Positions 12,201 to 24,200 of a stretch of 64,000 bases of DNA are shown one piece after another. The notes beneath the pieces were generated by a model. It was not told the origin of the DNA. It saw only the letters and a program-made list of their open reading frames with translations, and ran no database searches. The translations under genes and the position numbers were made by a program. Each line of letters begins with the position of its first letter. Position 1 is the first letter of the stretch. The stretch comes from Amoebophrya sp. A120 (taxonomy: Eukaryota > Protista > Dinoflagellata): NCBI GenBank assembly GCA_905178155.1, contig CAJINV010000004.1:280969-344968 (forward strand), read 5' to 3'.

Positions 12201-15200
12201 GCCGAGTCTGCATGAGAGATGGCTTTTCCTGGAGACAAGAGCCGCGCATCTTTTGCTAACCGTTCCAAAATCTGCCTCTGCATCACAAATTTGTATCCTT
12301 CCAGACCCAGCAGACCACACATTTGCGAAGGCAGGTCTTCTGGCTCTGGCCTTGCTCCATAGATACGGCCCGCCATCGCCCGGTCGCCCCGCCCCTTGAT
12401 GGTTCGCGACGCTGGCGTTGTTTGGCAGCGTAGCCAGGTCGCTCGTGCGAGGGGAGGTTTTCTGGCCCAGGCCTTTCGCGCAGGCAGCCATCTAGCCCCG
12501 GCCCCGCCCCTTGTTGCCTGACTTTGTTAGTTTGGCGGCGTAGTCCGCCGGTGCGAGGGCAGGCCGCCCCCCCGGCCCTCGGTCTCTCTGGCTCTGGCCC
12601 TGTTCCTCGCCGTCGCGCCGCCCCTTGCTGGTTGGCTGTGCTTGGCGGCGTAGTCAGGTCGTGCGAGGGCAGGAATTCAGGCCCTGGCGTCCATCATGGT
12701 CGCGCAGGTGTTCACCATGATAAGACTTGACGCGGAAAAATGGACTCGGTGATCGGCTCACTTTTGCAACATTTTTTGCCTGGTCATGACAGGACTGCTG
12801 CATGACAGGACTTATTGCATGATAGGACTAGCACTGCGACTGCATGACCATGATAGGACTTTCTGCATGACAGGAGTTTCGGCATGACAGGATTTTTGCA
12901 TGACAGGACTTTTGCACGACAGGACTTTTGATGATCATGACAGGACTTTTTGCATGATCGGGTCGCTTTTCCGCGTCTGTAACATACCCCAGAACAGGGG
13001 TCGAAACATACCCCAGAACACACCCCGAAACACACCCCAGATCATACCCCGGGAGCGACTCTGCGGAAGTGAGGTTCGGGGCCGGAGCTGACTCGCAAAA
13101 AGTGACGTCCCGGGTCGGACGTCACTTTTCCGGAGTCAGGTGTGGGGTATGTTTTGGGGGGTGCATGAGGAAATGGCCGACTCAGCTCGTGATTGATACC
13201 CCGGAACAGGGGTCGAAACATACCCCGGAACACCCCCCAAATGATCACTTTTGGGCAGTTGCTGCAGTTTCAATAGTAATTTGTATCCTTCCAGACCCAG
13301 CAGACCACACATTTGCAACATTTGCATTCCATACGGAAACCCACAAACTGATTCTCCACTCAGCGTGGAGTATGTGCAGCACGCAGGCCGATGTCGTCAT
13401 AGGTAGTGGTGGAGGCGGAGGGGGTAATATTGTAGAAGAAACGTAACACAATCGCCCCAGCACTCATATTGAAAAGAGGAATTATTTGTACCGCCAAGAT
13501 GTGGTCAAGAGCTTTGTCTTGCCTCGAAGCCACTGTCTACCTATTCTAGATCTGCGCCTGAGCAGGTACGTGGCGGTCTACAGAGTCGGCATGTTGCAGA
13601 CGTCTCACGTCTCTGATGTGGGCGGGTGCGCACGAGCATGACAGGTTTGGTGCCCGTAATATATCGCTGCCCGTCGCTCCCACCGTGCCTCGAGGCAAGA
13701 TGTAATGCAATTACGGGCACGAATTATGTACGCGATGACTTTGAGTATGAGGGCGATTTTTCCCTTGGATTCGAGGATTTCTCCGGCTTCGGAAGTGGAT
13801 TCGCGAATTCCGGCTGCGGAATTCGAAAAAGGCCGGGGCCAGAACTTTTACTAGTTCCGGCTCCGGAATTCGAAAAAGTTCGGGCGCCGTCGGGCGCCCG
13901 GAGAGTTTTTTTATTCTCCAAGCGAGTGGGCGCGTGGTCTGGCGCGGGCAAAGGCATCCCACTTACGCAATGGACCAGCGCAGGCCAGGCGTTGGCCCAC
14001 GACAAGACCCCGCGCGCGCCGGCCTCTCGGGTCATAGTTCAGCGAGGGGGCTCATGCGCTGCTGGCTTCCGGCGTGCTGTTTTTTCTTTTTGCTTCTTGC
14101 CCACGGGGGCCTGGTGGGTAACTAACTCGCGGGGGAAACCGTGCAGAAGCGGACCGCCTGTTGCGCTTCGCCCATGTGTAGCCTGCTTGTTTCCGTGGCG
14201 GTTGGGTGAGCCGGGTTTGGTATCCTAGCTGGCAGCGAAGGGGGGCCTGCCCGTTGTTACGGCGTGCCTCGTTTTCGGGCCGTGCCCGAGCCAGCTGCGT
14301 GTGGCGCAGCTGTGGCTACAGCTTTTCGAAGCCTCGCGAGCCATCTTCGCGAAGTGGTGGCCCGTGCCTTTCCGCAAGTTCCCCCAGCGCCAGAGCCCGC
14401 AACAGCCCGGAGCGGGCCCAGTTGAAAAGCTGGGCACCGCATCAGCCGCCACACTTCGCGTGGCCCCGGGCCCCGGCGTAGGGAGAACCGTTTAGCTTGA
14501 TCGGGCGGGGGCGCAGCGCTTAAGGAAATAGGGTTGTGCAATATCCTGGCGCGATATGCCAAACAAGCCCCACCTGGGAGAAGAGTCAACACGTGACAGA
14601 TGATCGCGCTGCAGCCCTAGCGCTTGAGAAGTTGGAAACGCGGAAGCGCCCTGCTGCCCATAGCGAAAGCAGTTTCATTCTGTTTGAGGGCGTTTATTGT
14701 GTTATATCGAGTATGTACGCGATGACTTTGAGTATGAGGGCGATTTTTCCCTTGGATTCGAGGATTTCTCCGGCTTGGACCTTATGGGGCTCTCAAACGT
14801 TACATTCTCAACTGTTACATGATTTGTCATGCAAAAACACTATCACTATTCACACGACCCAGCCTGCCTTGCATGACAACTTCTCGACGCGCTACATAGC
14901 ACTATAATCCGTCCCAAATCTGTAATGCAAAAGGCGCAATCTTCCTCCTGTACTTTTGCCACTCTTGCATTACAAATTCATGTAACAGTTGAGAATGTAA
15001 CGTTTGAGAACGCCATAGACCTTGCGGAGACCTTGCAAGCAATCGAACAGCAGTCAGCGGAGATACTGTTCTCGGCGGAGACTTTGGGAAGGAATCTGGG
15101 TTTTTCGACAAGTTTGCTGCCGACACTACATTGGTATGGCGTCCCCAACTGTTACATTCTTAGCTGTTACGTGATTTGTCACGCAGAAGCAGAACTACCA

Positions 15201-18200
15201 TGAAGATGAAGATCCACACGAGAAAGCTGCTTCGCATTACAACTTTGCGAAGGGCTAAACAGCGCCTAAATCTGTGCAGAACTTGTAATGCTAGAGGTGC
15301 AACCTCCCCCCTTTCTCTTTTGCAATTCTTGCATCACAAAATCCTGCAACAGCTGAGAATGTAACAGTTGAGAGCACCATAATTGGTCCCCGATGGTTCG
15401 GAGACCGGAGGACAAACGACGTATGGAAGCTTCAGGATTGAAATCGCCAAAGTTGAGATAATTTCTCATGCATCAATTGCAAGGCATGGAAAATTGGGCC
15501 TCCAATTGGTGTCGATTTTATGCATTGCAAATCATTTCAACTTTGTCGATTTCAATCCTGACACTCCCATACGACGGCAAAGGACTTTAAAGTTTCGTTG
15601 CAGAATACCACAAGTATAAAAGTGTTTCACTTCTGGCGTATTGAACGACTTTGCAAGGTCGCCTACAACACAAGTTATTTGCGTTGGATGATAAAGAAAT
15701 CTGCCACGCGTCGAGCCTCTTTATGGAGTGAAGGGCGGATAAAAATGAACGGTCTTGCAGCATGTGTGCCAGACCACAAACACTTCCACGATGCATTTTC
15801 TGCATCTTCTTAGAAAATGCAGAAAATGCATCGTGGATGAAGACTTCACAATTTCACAGAGAACCACTTTTTTCTTGCGATACAAACCTGTGCCAAAGCG
15901 TGCGAGTTCTACAAATCGTCGACAGATTCAGACTATGCATTGCAAACATGTCTGGGTCAGATGCAGGACATGTGATGCTTTCTGTCAGTCGCACAAAAAT
16001 GCGTCTTGCAGTCGGAGCGAAGGTTGCTCTTTTGTTAACACGCGAATAGTTCGTTTCTGTATAGGCATTCAGTAGAGTCCTTCTCCTTCAGAATTTTTAA
16101 TCGGTATTTGTTGACAATACGCAATAGGTATGCAGAGTCCTCTAGAAAACCGTGTAACTCTATCGCATTTTATCAGTCTGCGCCTTCGGACCGTCTAGGT
16201 AAGGCAACAGCTGCAACACAAAGTCAGCTTCTTTCCAGACCCGGATATTTTTGTATTTGATGCCGAGAAGTCCTGCAGTGCTTTTGCCATCCACAAGTCG
16301 GGTTTTAAAAGTATGACACTCTTAGACGTTGCATTGTTCTTTGCTATTACATAATTTGCCATCATGCAGGATTCGCGTCAGCCTCAGCCCTCACACCACA
16401 GGAGCAAGCTGCTTGCATTTTGTCGTCGCCGATCGACCTCGACTGGTGCTGGTGCGTTGCCAAGAAGCAAAGACGGCTTGTGTTTGTGGCGGTCTCACAA
16501 TACACCTCTGCCTCTGCGGAGTCCATAGTGGGTCGAGAGGGAGGGGGCCGAAGCCTCAACCGGAGAGGGGCACTGGGTCAACATCTAAATGGGTAGCTCT
16601 CACGAGTCGCTGCCGGCCCGGCTTGGATGTGTGGAGACATGTTGCAATGGATTCTAGCATCGCCTGCGTTTCTCTGTATCTTCTTGCTTCTCCAGCTGTG
16701 TTCCTGCCTCATCTTGGTCGGGTCCTCCAGTCTTCTTCGACGTGACCCCCAGGTCAAGAATTCTCTTGGTGAATTTTAAGGCTTTTTCTTTTTGCGAAAC
16801 TTTTTTGAAAATCCGGAGTTTCTCACGCGCTAGCGAATTTTTAACATGCGCCGCAGGCCTAAATTCGCCGGCACTTTTTTCAAAATTCACCCCAAAATTC
16901 ACCGGGCGCCCCTTTTCGACCGTGATAAGCAAACGCTAGCGCAGAAAAGTGCTCAAAAAAGTGCGCAGGTAGGCACTGGGAAGTCGGGCCGAGGGGAAAA
17001 GACATGCGCCCTCTGTTGCCCTCAGCCCGTCTATATTCTGCCGAAAAGGCCTGGAGAGTTCGCGCGCCTGCCGGATAGACTCTCCTGCCAAAGCTCTCGG
17101 CCTGGTCCGCGCCTTCTTGCCTAATTGCATGCGCTTCGCAGCGCTTTTTTTTTGGCGTCTTACTTTGCCGCGGCTGCTGCAGTGCTTTTATGCGAGCACA
17201 GGGAGACGAATAGACATGGCCAAATAACGGCACCCAGGCCATGTCTTCTAGAAGCTGCCCGCCGCATCAGCCTTGACTTCTGCGGTGTGCAGTAGAACCC
17301 ATTTCCCAGAAAGACAAGAAGGACAACGTCCTGGCGGACTCATCTGCAATTTGCCATGCAAAATTTAGAGTAGGCGTGGCCCTGTGGGGTTAAATTCCGG
17401 TCGGTTGGTTGGTGGGTTGGTCGGTTATGGAAGTGACACTTTGAGCCGAATTTTTGATATCTGGACACACTGACTTTGGTTGCGGATGCCGGATGTGTTG
17501 CAGCTTCTGTTCGACCTGTGTACCTTTCGCCGGGTGGGTTGGTCGGTTGGTTATGGACATGTGACGTGGAAGTGGAACCGAGTTCGAGAATTCGGGAAAC
17601 GGACCCGCTAGTATCGGACGGCTCCGGCGGCTGACACCAGTTGCGCGCATTCGGCCCGACGCAAGTGCAGCTGTACTTGAAGGGGATTTTTTGGGAAATG
17701 GAACACGCGCTGTGCAATGAGGATGATGAGGGGACTGAAATAGGCATTCTACGGGGTGCTAACAACATGTCGGTCTACGTACGTTCGCACCTACCAACCT
17801 ACCTACCTACCCATTGAAGTACGGAAGTGCTTTTGTTGGGGAATCACAACAAAAAACTCGCGCACCTGGTCCACTCAGGCTTTTCGGTAGGTCGGTCGGT
17901 CGGTGGTCCTTAGTGGTAGCACTGCCTCGTCTGTGGTGGCAGGTGACGTTCATGCACCGGCCGACACGGTAGAAGCGTGGCGCCAGAAAACCTACCGACC
18001 CACCCTTCCGTGCACTTCTTGACGCGAGGACCGGACGGGAGGACGCATAGGCTAGGAGTGCGAGTAAGAAGCGGGCCGCTCGATCTTGTGTAGGAACTGC
18101 TCAGAGACCGTGATATCTGGCATAGCTAGCTGAAAACGCAGCCGGCGAAGAGCGCCCCTAGCTGAAAATGCCCGCGAGGAGCATCCCCAGCTGGATTTCC

Positions 18201-21200
18201 ACCTGGGGACCCAGCTGAAAACTCTGGCGCAGAGCATACTACCCCGGGTCTCCTCCCGGTCCCGCTGGAACTGGATGAAACTCTGCATATACTTCCTGAC
18301 CCTATATTTGCCTTACTAAGCCGTGCCGTCGCCGAGCCAGCGGCACAGTGTCGAGCAGCACCTGAGACGCAACCAGCTGTGCTTCGCCCACGCTTCCCAT
18401 GGGTGCGGGCACGAATCTACGGCGGCTTTAGTGGGGTCGTTTTCCCCACCCCTAGACGTACGCGCAGTCGGGCGCTGCTGCTCCTGCTACTAGACGCGAC
18501 TCCAGTCAGGGCTGCGGAGGATCCCCACCCTTTTCTGCGGACGTTCCGGGCTGTCGCGCGCTTCCTACTCGCGCGTGCAGTGGCGCGACCTCTGCCCGCC
18601 GGGAACATCGCGACACAGGCTACGCTACCTGCCCGAAACTAATTGAACCCCACCCCGGAACTCTGTGAACCCTACTCCTTCTCACGCAAGTTTGCGCTGT
18701 GACGCCGAGCGGGCGAAACTTTTCGAATCTCGTCGCTTTACTACGCTGCGAGCCCCACCGCACCCCTGGCCAGGCAGGCGGGTGGGTGGGTCGGTTGGCA
18801 GGCCGGGCCAGGCCACCAGGCAGCGCGCGGCCGGGCGGGCAGCCACCCCCGGCAGGGCAGGTGGGTGGGTTGGTAGGTCGGCAGGCGCGGCCAACAGGCA
18901 ACCAACACACGCCCACCCCGACCCAGGCAGGTGGGCGGGTGGGTTCGTCGGCAGGCGTGGCCACCAGGCAACGCGCACGCACCCCCGCCGAGGCGGGTAC
19001 GTAGGAGGGTGGGTCGGTGGGGAGGTCGTCAGCAGGCCGGCGTGGCCACCGGGTGGCGCGCGCTGACCCCTGCCAAGGAAGGTGGGTGGGTAGGTCGGCA
19101 CGCGTGGCCAGCAGGCGGCACCTGCATGCTCAAGCGTGCCAATGCAGGTGGGTCGGCAAGTCGGTAGGCGGGGCCAACGTATGCGCACCCGTGCCGAGGC
19201 AGGTGGGTGGGAGGGGTCGGCAGGCGTGGCCGATAGGCCACGCACGCTCGTCCCACCCACCAACCAGGCAGGTGGGTGGGTAGGTCGGTAGGCGTGGTCA
19301 GTAGGCAGCGCACGCTCGCGCCACCCACCCACCAGCGAGGCGGGTGGGTAGGTCGGTAGGCGTGGCCAATAGGCAGCGCACGCTCGCTCCACCCGCCCGC
19401 CAGGCAGGTGGGTGGGTGGGAGGGTAGGTCGTTGAGCGTGGCCATTAGGCAGCGCACGCTCGCCCAACCCACCCACCTGCCTGGTGGGTGGGTAGGCCGG
19501 TAGGCGTGGCCAATAGGCAGCGCACGCTCGCCCTGCTCACCCACCAGGCTGGTGGGTCGGTAGGTCGGTAGACGTGGCCAATGGGCAGCGCACGCTCGAC
19601 CCGCCCACCCACCAGGCTGGTGGGTCGGTTGGTAGGTCGGTAGACGTGGCCAATAGGCAGCGCACGCTCGCCCCACCCACCAGCGAGGTGGGTGGGTAGG
19701 TCGGTAGGCGTGGCCACCGGTCTCCTCTGGGTGGAGCGGGATAGGTGGGTAGGTGGGTCGGTGCGATCACGGTAGTGCAACGAATCGAAAAGACGCCAGG
19801 TAGGTGGGTAGGTCGGCAGCTTCAACAGTAATAGTGGATGAATGTCAGTAGAAAAACACAAAACACAACGCAGCGGATTCGGCTCAAAGTGTCACTTCCA
19901 TAACCGACCAACCCACCAACCAACCGACCGGAATTTAACCCCACAGGGCCACGCCTATTGAAAATTTACCACAAATTCGCCACTTCTCATGCTAACGGGT
20001 GTTAAAGCTCTAACTACAAGCTCTTGTCGTCGCCCTCGATCGACGCGCTTTATTAGGTAGCGTGCATGTCTTATCGAAAGAAAATAAAAGTGTTACAGCT
20101 ACACATTGTGTTGCAAGACCGGCAACACAGACAACCGCTCTCATGCAGGAAATGTTTGGGAGCCTCGTTTCCTTCCTGTTTTCCCTTGTTATGATCTTCG
20201 CATTACAAGGTTTCTGTGCCACACAGAGAAAATTTGTGATGCAGAAACTCCAACAAATGCGTAACTGTAAAACACTTTTTTCTCGTGATATGTCTGCCCA
20301 AAAAATACAGAGTGCTTCCCTTTTCTTTCAGAGACGGCCTACTTCTCTTATTCTTGCGACGCAAATTCATGTAATAGCTGCCAATGTAACGCTCGAGAAC
20401 TCCATGAAAAATGGCGATATGCTGGAGCGGGATGTTTCTTCGTTATCGGCAGTGGACAGCGATAACTGCGACTATCCTAAAAAAAAGCGCGCCTGTTGTT
20501 TGTGTGGCGCAAAGAACTTGCTTGTGTTAATCCAGAAGAGGTGCGGGGGGGAAGACCTGTCATGCAAAATGGCGACTGTCACGAGACGAAATATGGGACA
20601 GTCACAGTTGTGATTAGAGAAGTATGATCAAGTAGATTCGTAATGAGGAACAAAGATCGACAGATACAAAAGCATAACTTTTGTCTTGTGAAAAGCGGAA
20701 CTTTCGTCACGAGTTTTTTCATCTTGTCGTCTGGCGCGAGAGGGTGCTTTTTTGTAGGATAGTGACGAGAGGTACGCCTACAGTGGCTTCGGCGTACACT
20801 ACAGGGGGTGTCTATCAGAGTCTCTCGTTGGAAATCGACAAAATCATGGAAATAATTTGTAGTGCAAAAAATCGACTTTCTCTTGCGCAGCTTGGCCCCC
20901 CTTGGCCCACTAGTGGTAGGGGACCTGTGACAAATTTTGGAAGTCTTTCGATCCAGTATGTTCTCCCGTGTAGGGCACAAAGGGGCTCCTTTATCGTGCT
21001 CCTTCGTTTGCATCAGCATCTGTATCGCTATTCATAAACAGGCACACAGTTGCCTCATTTGTCTTCTCTGCGAGACAACGCAAGCCCTGCGCGGTTCGCA
21101 TTTTGTGCGTCCCAAGTGCCCACTTCCACATCGTCGCTTTCCGATCTGAAACTTTCACAGTGCCAGGATTTCGCAGATACTGGTGTAGATGACACCAGCG

Positions 21201-24200
21201 GAGAGATCACACGACAGCAGTGTGATTATTGGAGCGCACATACCACTTACGTCGCGACCCCATTCAATGGGCTCGACAAATTTCGATCGATTGAGGAAGG
21301 CGCCGTCCCTACAGGCATATAACAGGCTCAGATGTCGAATTCAACAGCTTTCGAAAATTTTTTTCTCTATCGAGAGCGCCTTCAAAAACTATCTATTTTT
21401 GTACACGCATCCGCAAGGCCGCAGCCGGACTCTGAGCTAGCTAGTCTCAAGCTCATTAGTAGCTATTTGTAATGTAACTATGTAGGCCCTTTCGGTAGCA
21501 AATAAAGATAAACATTTTTTTTCAAAATTCATTGAATTCGACATCTGGGCCTGTTATAAGACAAGGATCATAATTACTGCCGTAGCCTGGGTAAAAACGT
21601 CCCTTCCTCATAGTGAAAATGAGAACGCCCCAAGAAACATCCAGAACTTTCGGAAGGGCTCATGCGCCGCGAACTTGGCTGAGCAGTGTGGTCGTGCTAC
21701 CTAACTCCTGGCCAGACGCCTCTTCACATCAAAATCCGCTCTATTCTTGTTCTGACGAGCGCATGACAGGTTTCCAAACTACCCACCGCCAGGAAATGTG
21801 AATGCTTCTCATACGGGGCCGCCTGAGAGACGTCATGGGCAGCGGAATTAATATACGTAACAAGTGTACTTCTGGGGTGGGGGCTCTTTGACTCAGAATA
21901 TGCTGCAATCCGGATCCGGGAACGGAACACGAGAAGATCTGGTGTTTTATCACATTGAAAAGCGTCGCCCCTTTTTTGGTCCATTGCGTGCTGGTCTATC
22001 GCGGCGTCGGCCTTTTGTCATGTTCACCAAGCCCCCCCCGATGAAGTTCCGCAATTAGCAGAAAAGCTTGAGTGCTCGGCCGCTTTGTGTCGTTTTGGTG
22101 CATTGCGACGCTCGTTCGGAACTCAAGAAAGAGCACGAGGCAAGGGAGAAATACATTGCCGAGATAGTAAGACGAAGACGCGCACAGTTGGTGTTGCTGG
22201 GGCTGTTTCCGTTATTAGTTTTGTTGTAGGCCGTCGCCAAAGGCGGCCAAGCTGCCCACTTTCCGGCGGTGTGCACCAGGGTGTTTGCTCCGCTCAAGGC
22301 ACAGACCGGGCGTAGCCGATTAACGCGACAGCCCTGCAGTAGGGCTTCTGTTGTTTTCCCGTTGTGGCGCCGCGCCCGAGCAAATGGCTGCCCCGGAGCA
22401 CGCACAAGGGCGCTACTTTTCTTCTTTCTGATTGCCCTGCTTGCCCGTATCTCAGTGTCTTTGGCGGCCCGCTTCCACTTCGGCGCCCATTTCGATGGTT
22501 CCGGCGTCTTTTTGCGGCACATAATTGCTAAACTTGGGCCCGTGTAGGCGATTTTAAGCCACAGGCCGGCGCTTGTCTTGCAAACCGGCATAGGGGAGGC
22601 TCAGTGCGAGAGAGCAAGGCGCGGCGCGCCGCCTTTGCTATTCGTCTTGTGCTTTCTTCACTAGTGGAGCCTGGTGTTCGCGTGCGCGTCCAGGCTGCAA
22701 ACCTTTCGAATGAGGAAGAACGCGCCGCACTCCTCGGGTGTCCTTTGTCTTTGTTTTTTTCGGGCGCGCCCGTGCATGTGCCCCAAACTCAACGCATTGC
22801 GTTCGTAGATGAACAGAGCTCGAAAAGAACGTTCGCAATGTTGTTGCCCTTGCGAATGGCAGCAGCACAGATCTCCGAAGCAGCAGAGCATCATCTGTGC
22901 TGGAAAAAGGCCAAGCAACAGCCGCGGGCCTTGCCATGTAAAAAGATACCACGTCGCACGTTGACAGTGGCAATCCCGGTGAGGGGAGCGCCTAGCATTT
23001 TCGTGCAGGACAGAAGGTCTCCCTTTCCTCCTGGCAATTTTGGATGATACACATTTCGCACGTCGGGGAACGGGGCACTTTTCAAAGTGATGCGCTACTA
23101 CACGGTATGAACGTGCAAAATGCAAAAGGGGTCAACCTAAACAGAGAAGTTTTTTTGCTGTTTGGGCAAAAAAACTTTTCATTTTCAGCCGTATTTGCTC
23201 GCGCCAGGTGCCCCTTCACCGCGCAATATTGAATGCTGCGAACGTATTAAGGTGCCCAAAAACGAATCTGGCTGCCGCGCTCTATCTAGGTTGTCGCAGG
23301 CTTTAGCTTTGCGCGGTGCTGCAGTTGAAGCGCTCCTAGAAGGTGTCTCAACAGGTGGCGCGCGAACCTATATAACGGCGCAACTGCTTGGGCGGTTGAG
23401 GTGACACACCTCCGCCGAGGCGCGCCAACTGTGTTTCTCAAGGAGCTGGCAGCTGGAGGCGCGCCAGCGTTTGCGTTTGCTAACACTCGAAAATCCTCTG
23501 CGCAGAGACCGCGCCGCCCAGTCTGCCGCAAAACAACTCCAGAAAGCGCCCGCGCGAAGTTGCTCCTTGAGAGTGTCCAGGATCATCTCCGGACGCAATA
23601 CAGGCCGCATCCGCATGTGGGAGGGCGCTTAGCCTGGACAGGGGCTCACGCCGATCACGGAGCTTGCGCGACACATTGGAGCCGACATTTCTCGTCTCCT
23701 TTCCTTCTTCGCCGAATGCCGCTCGATGAGAAGAAACTTCTGACTTTGGGGATTTTTTTGCCGGATTTTGCCAAAACTTCGCCAAAAACCCGGACTTTGC
23801 CGAAGTTTTGGCAAAATCCGGCAAAAAAATCGCCAAAGTGAGAAGATTCTTCTCATTGAGCGGCATTCGGCGAACGGGGAAGGGAGAGGTGAGACCTCTG
23901 CTACATTGTGCCGGGCAAGCTCCGGGATGTCCGAACCCCGGGCCAGGATTAACCCTTTTCCGCATGTGGATGCACTCTGGCTCGCGTCCGAGAATAGCTC
24001 TGGACATTTCCCCGGCAACCCGCGGAGCAACTCCGCAAGGGAGCTCGCTGGAGTTGCTTTGCGGTAGATTGGGTTGGCCGGTCTCTGCGAGAGGGCGCTT
24101 CGAAAATCAGATCAGGAGGCTGATGCAACTGCAGCGGCCATCACGCTTGACTTGCTTGAGAGGCACAGCTGGCGCGCCACGAGTGAGATGCGTCATCCCA

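Larger units (their letters stand above)
16312..20406. mobile_element. Introner, family C, with multiple nested elements
   Basis: TSD AAAAG/AAAAA; removal restores GFKS|GDMLE (paralog GWKTGDMLE). Confidence 0.82.

Noticed and set aside
13714-13790. GTNYVR as exon with a GT-AG intron
   Set aside because: No GT-AG choice I tried restored the LRLGPC frame; the element-end model does. Still tentative.
15064-15125. Possible mini-introner (TACTGTTCTCGGC..GCCGACA)
   Set aside because: The frame stays open through it and the downstream phase (GQTT|AKDFKVSLQN) works without removal.
21583-21610. Read-through NYCRSLGKNVPS as exon
   Set aside because: Splicing at 21583 gives canonical NYCRNPD with a recognisable TSD, and the read-through sequence resembles an element end also seen near 63300-63350.
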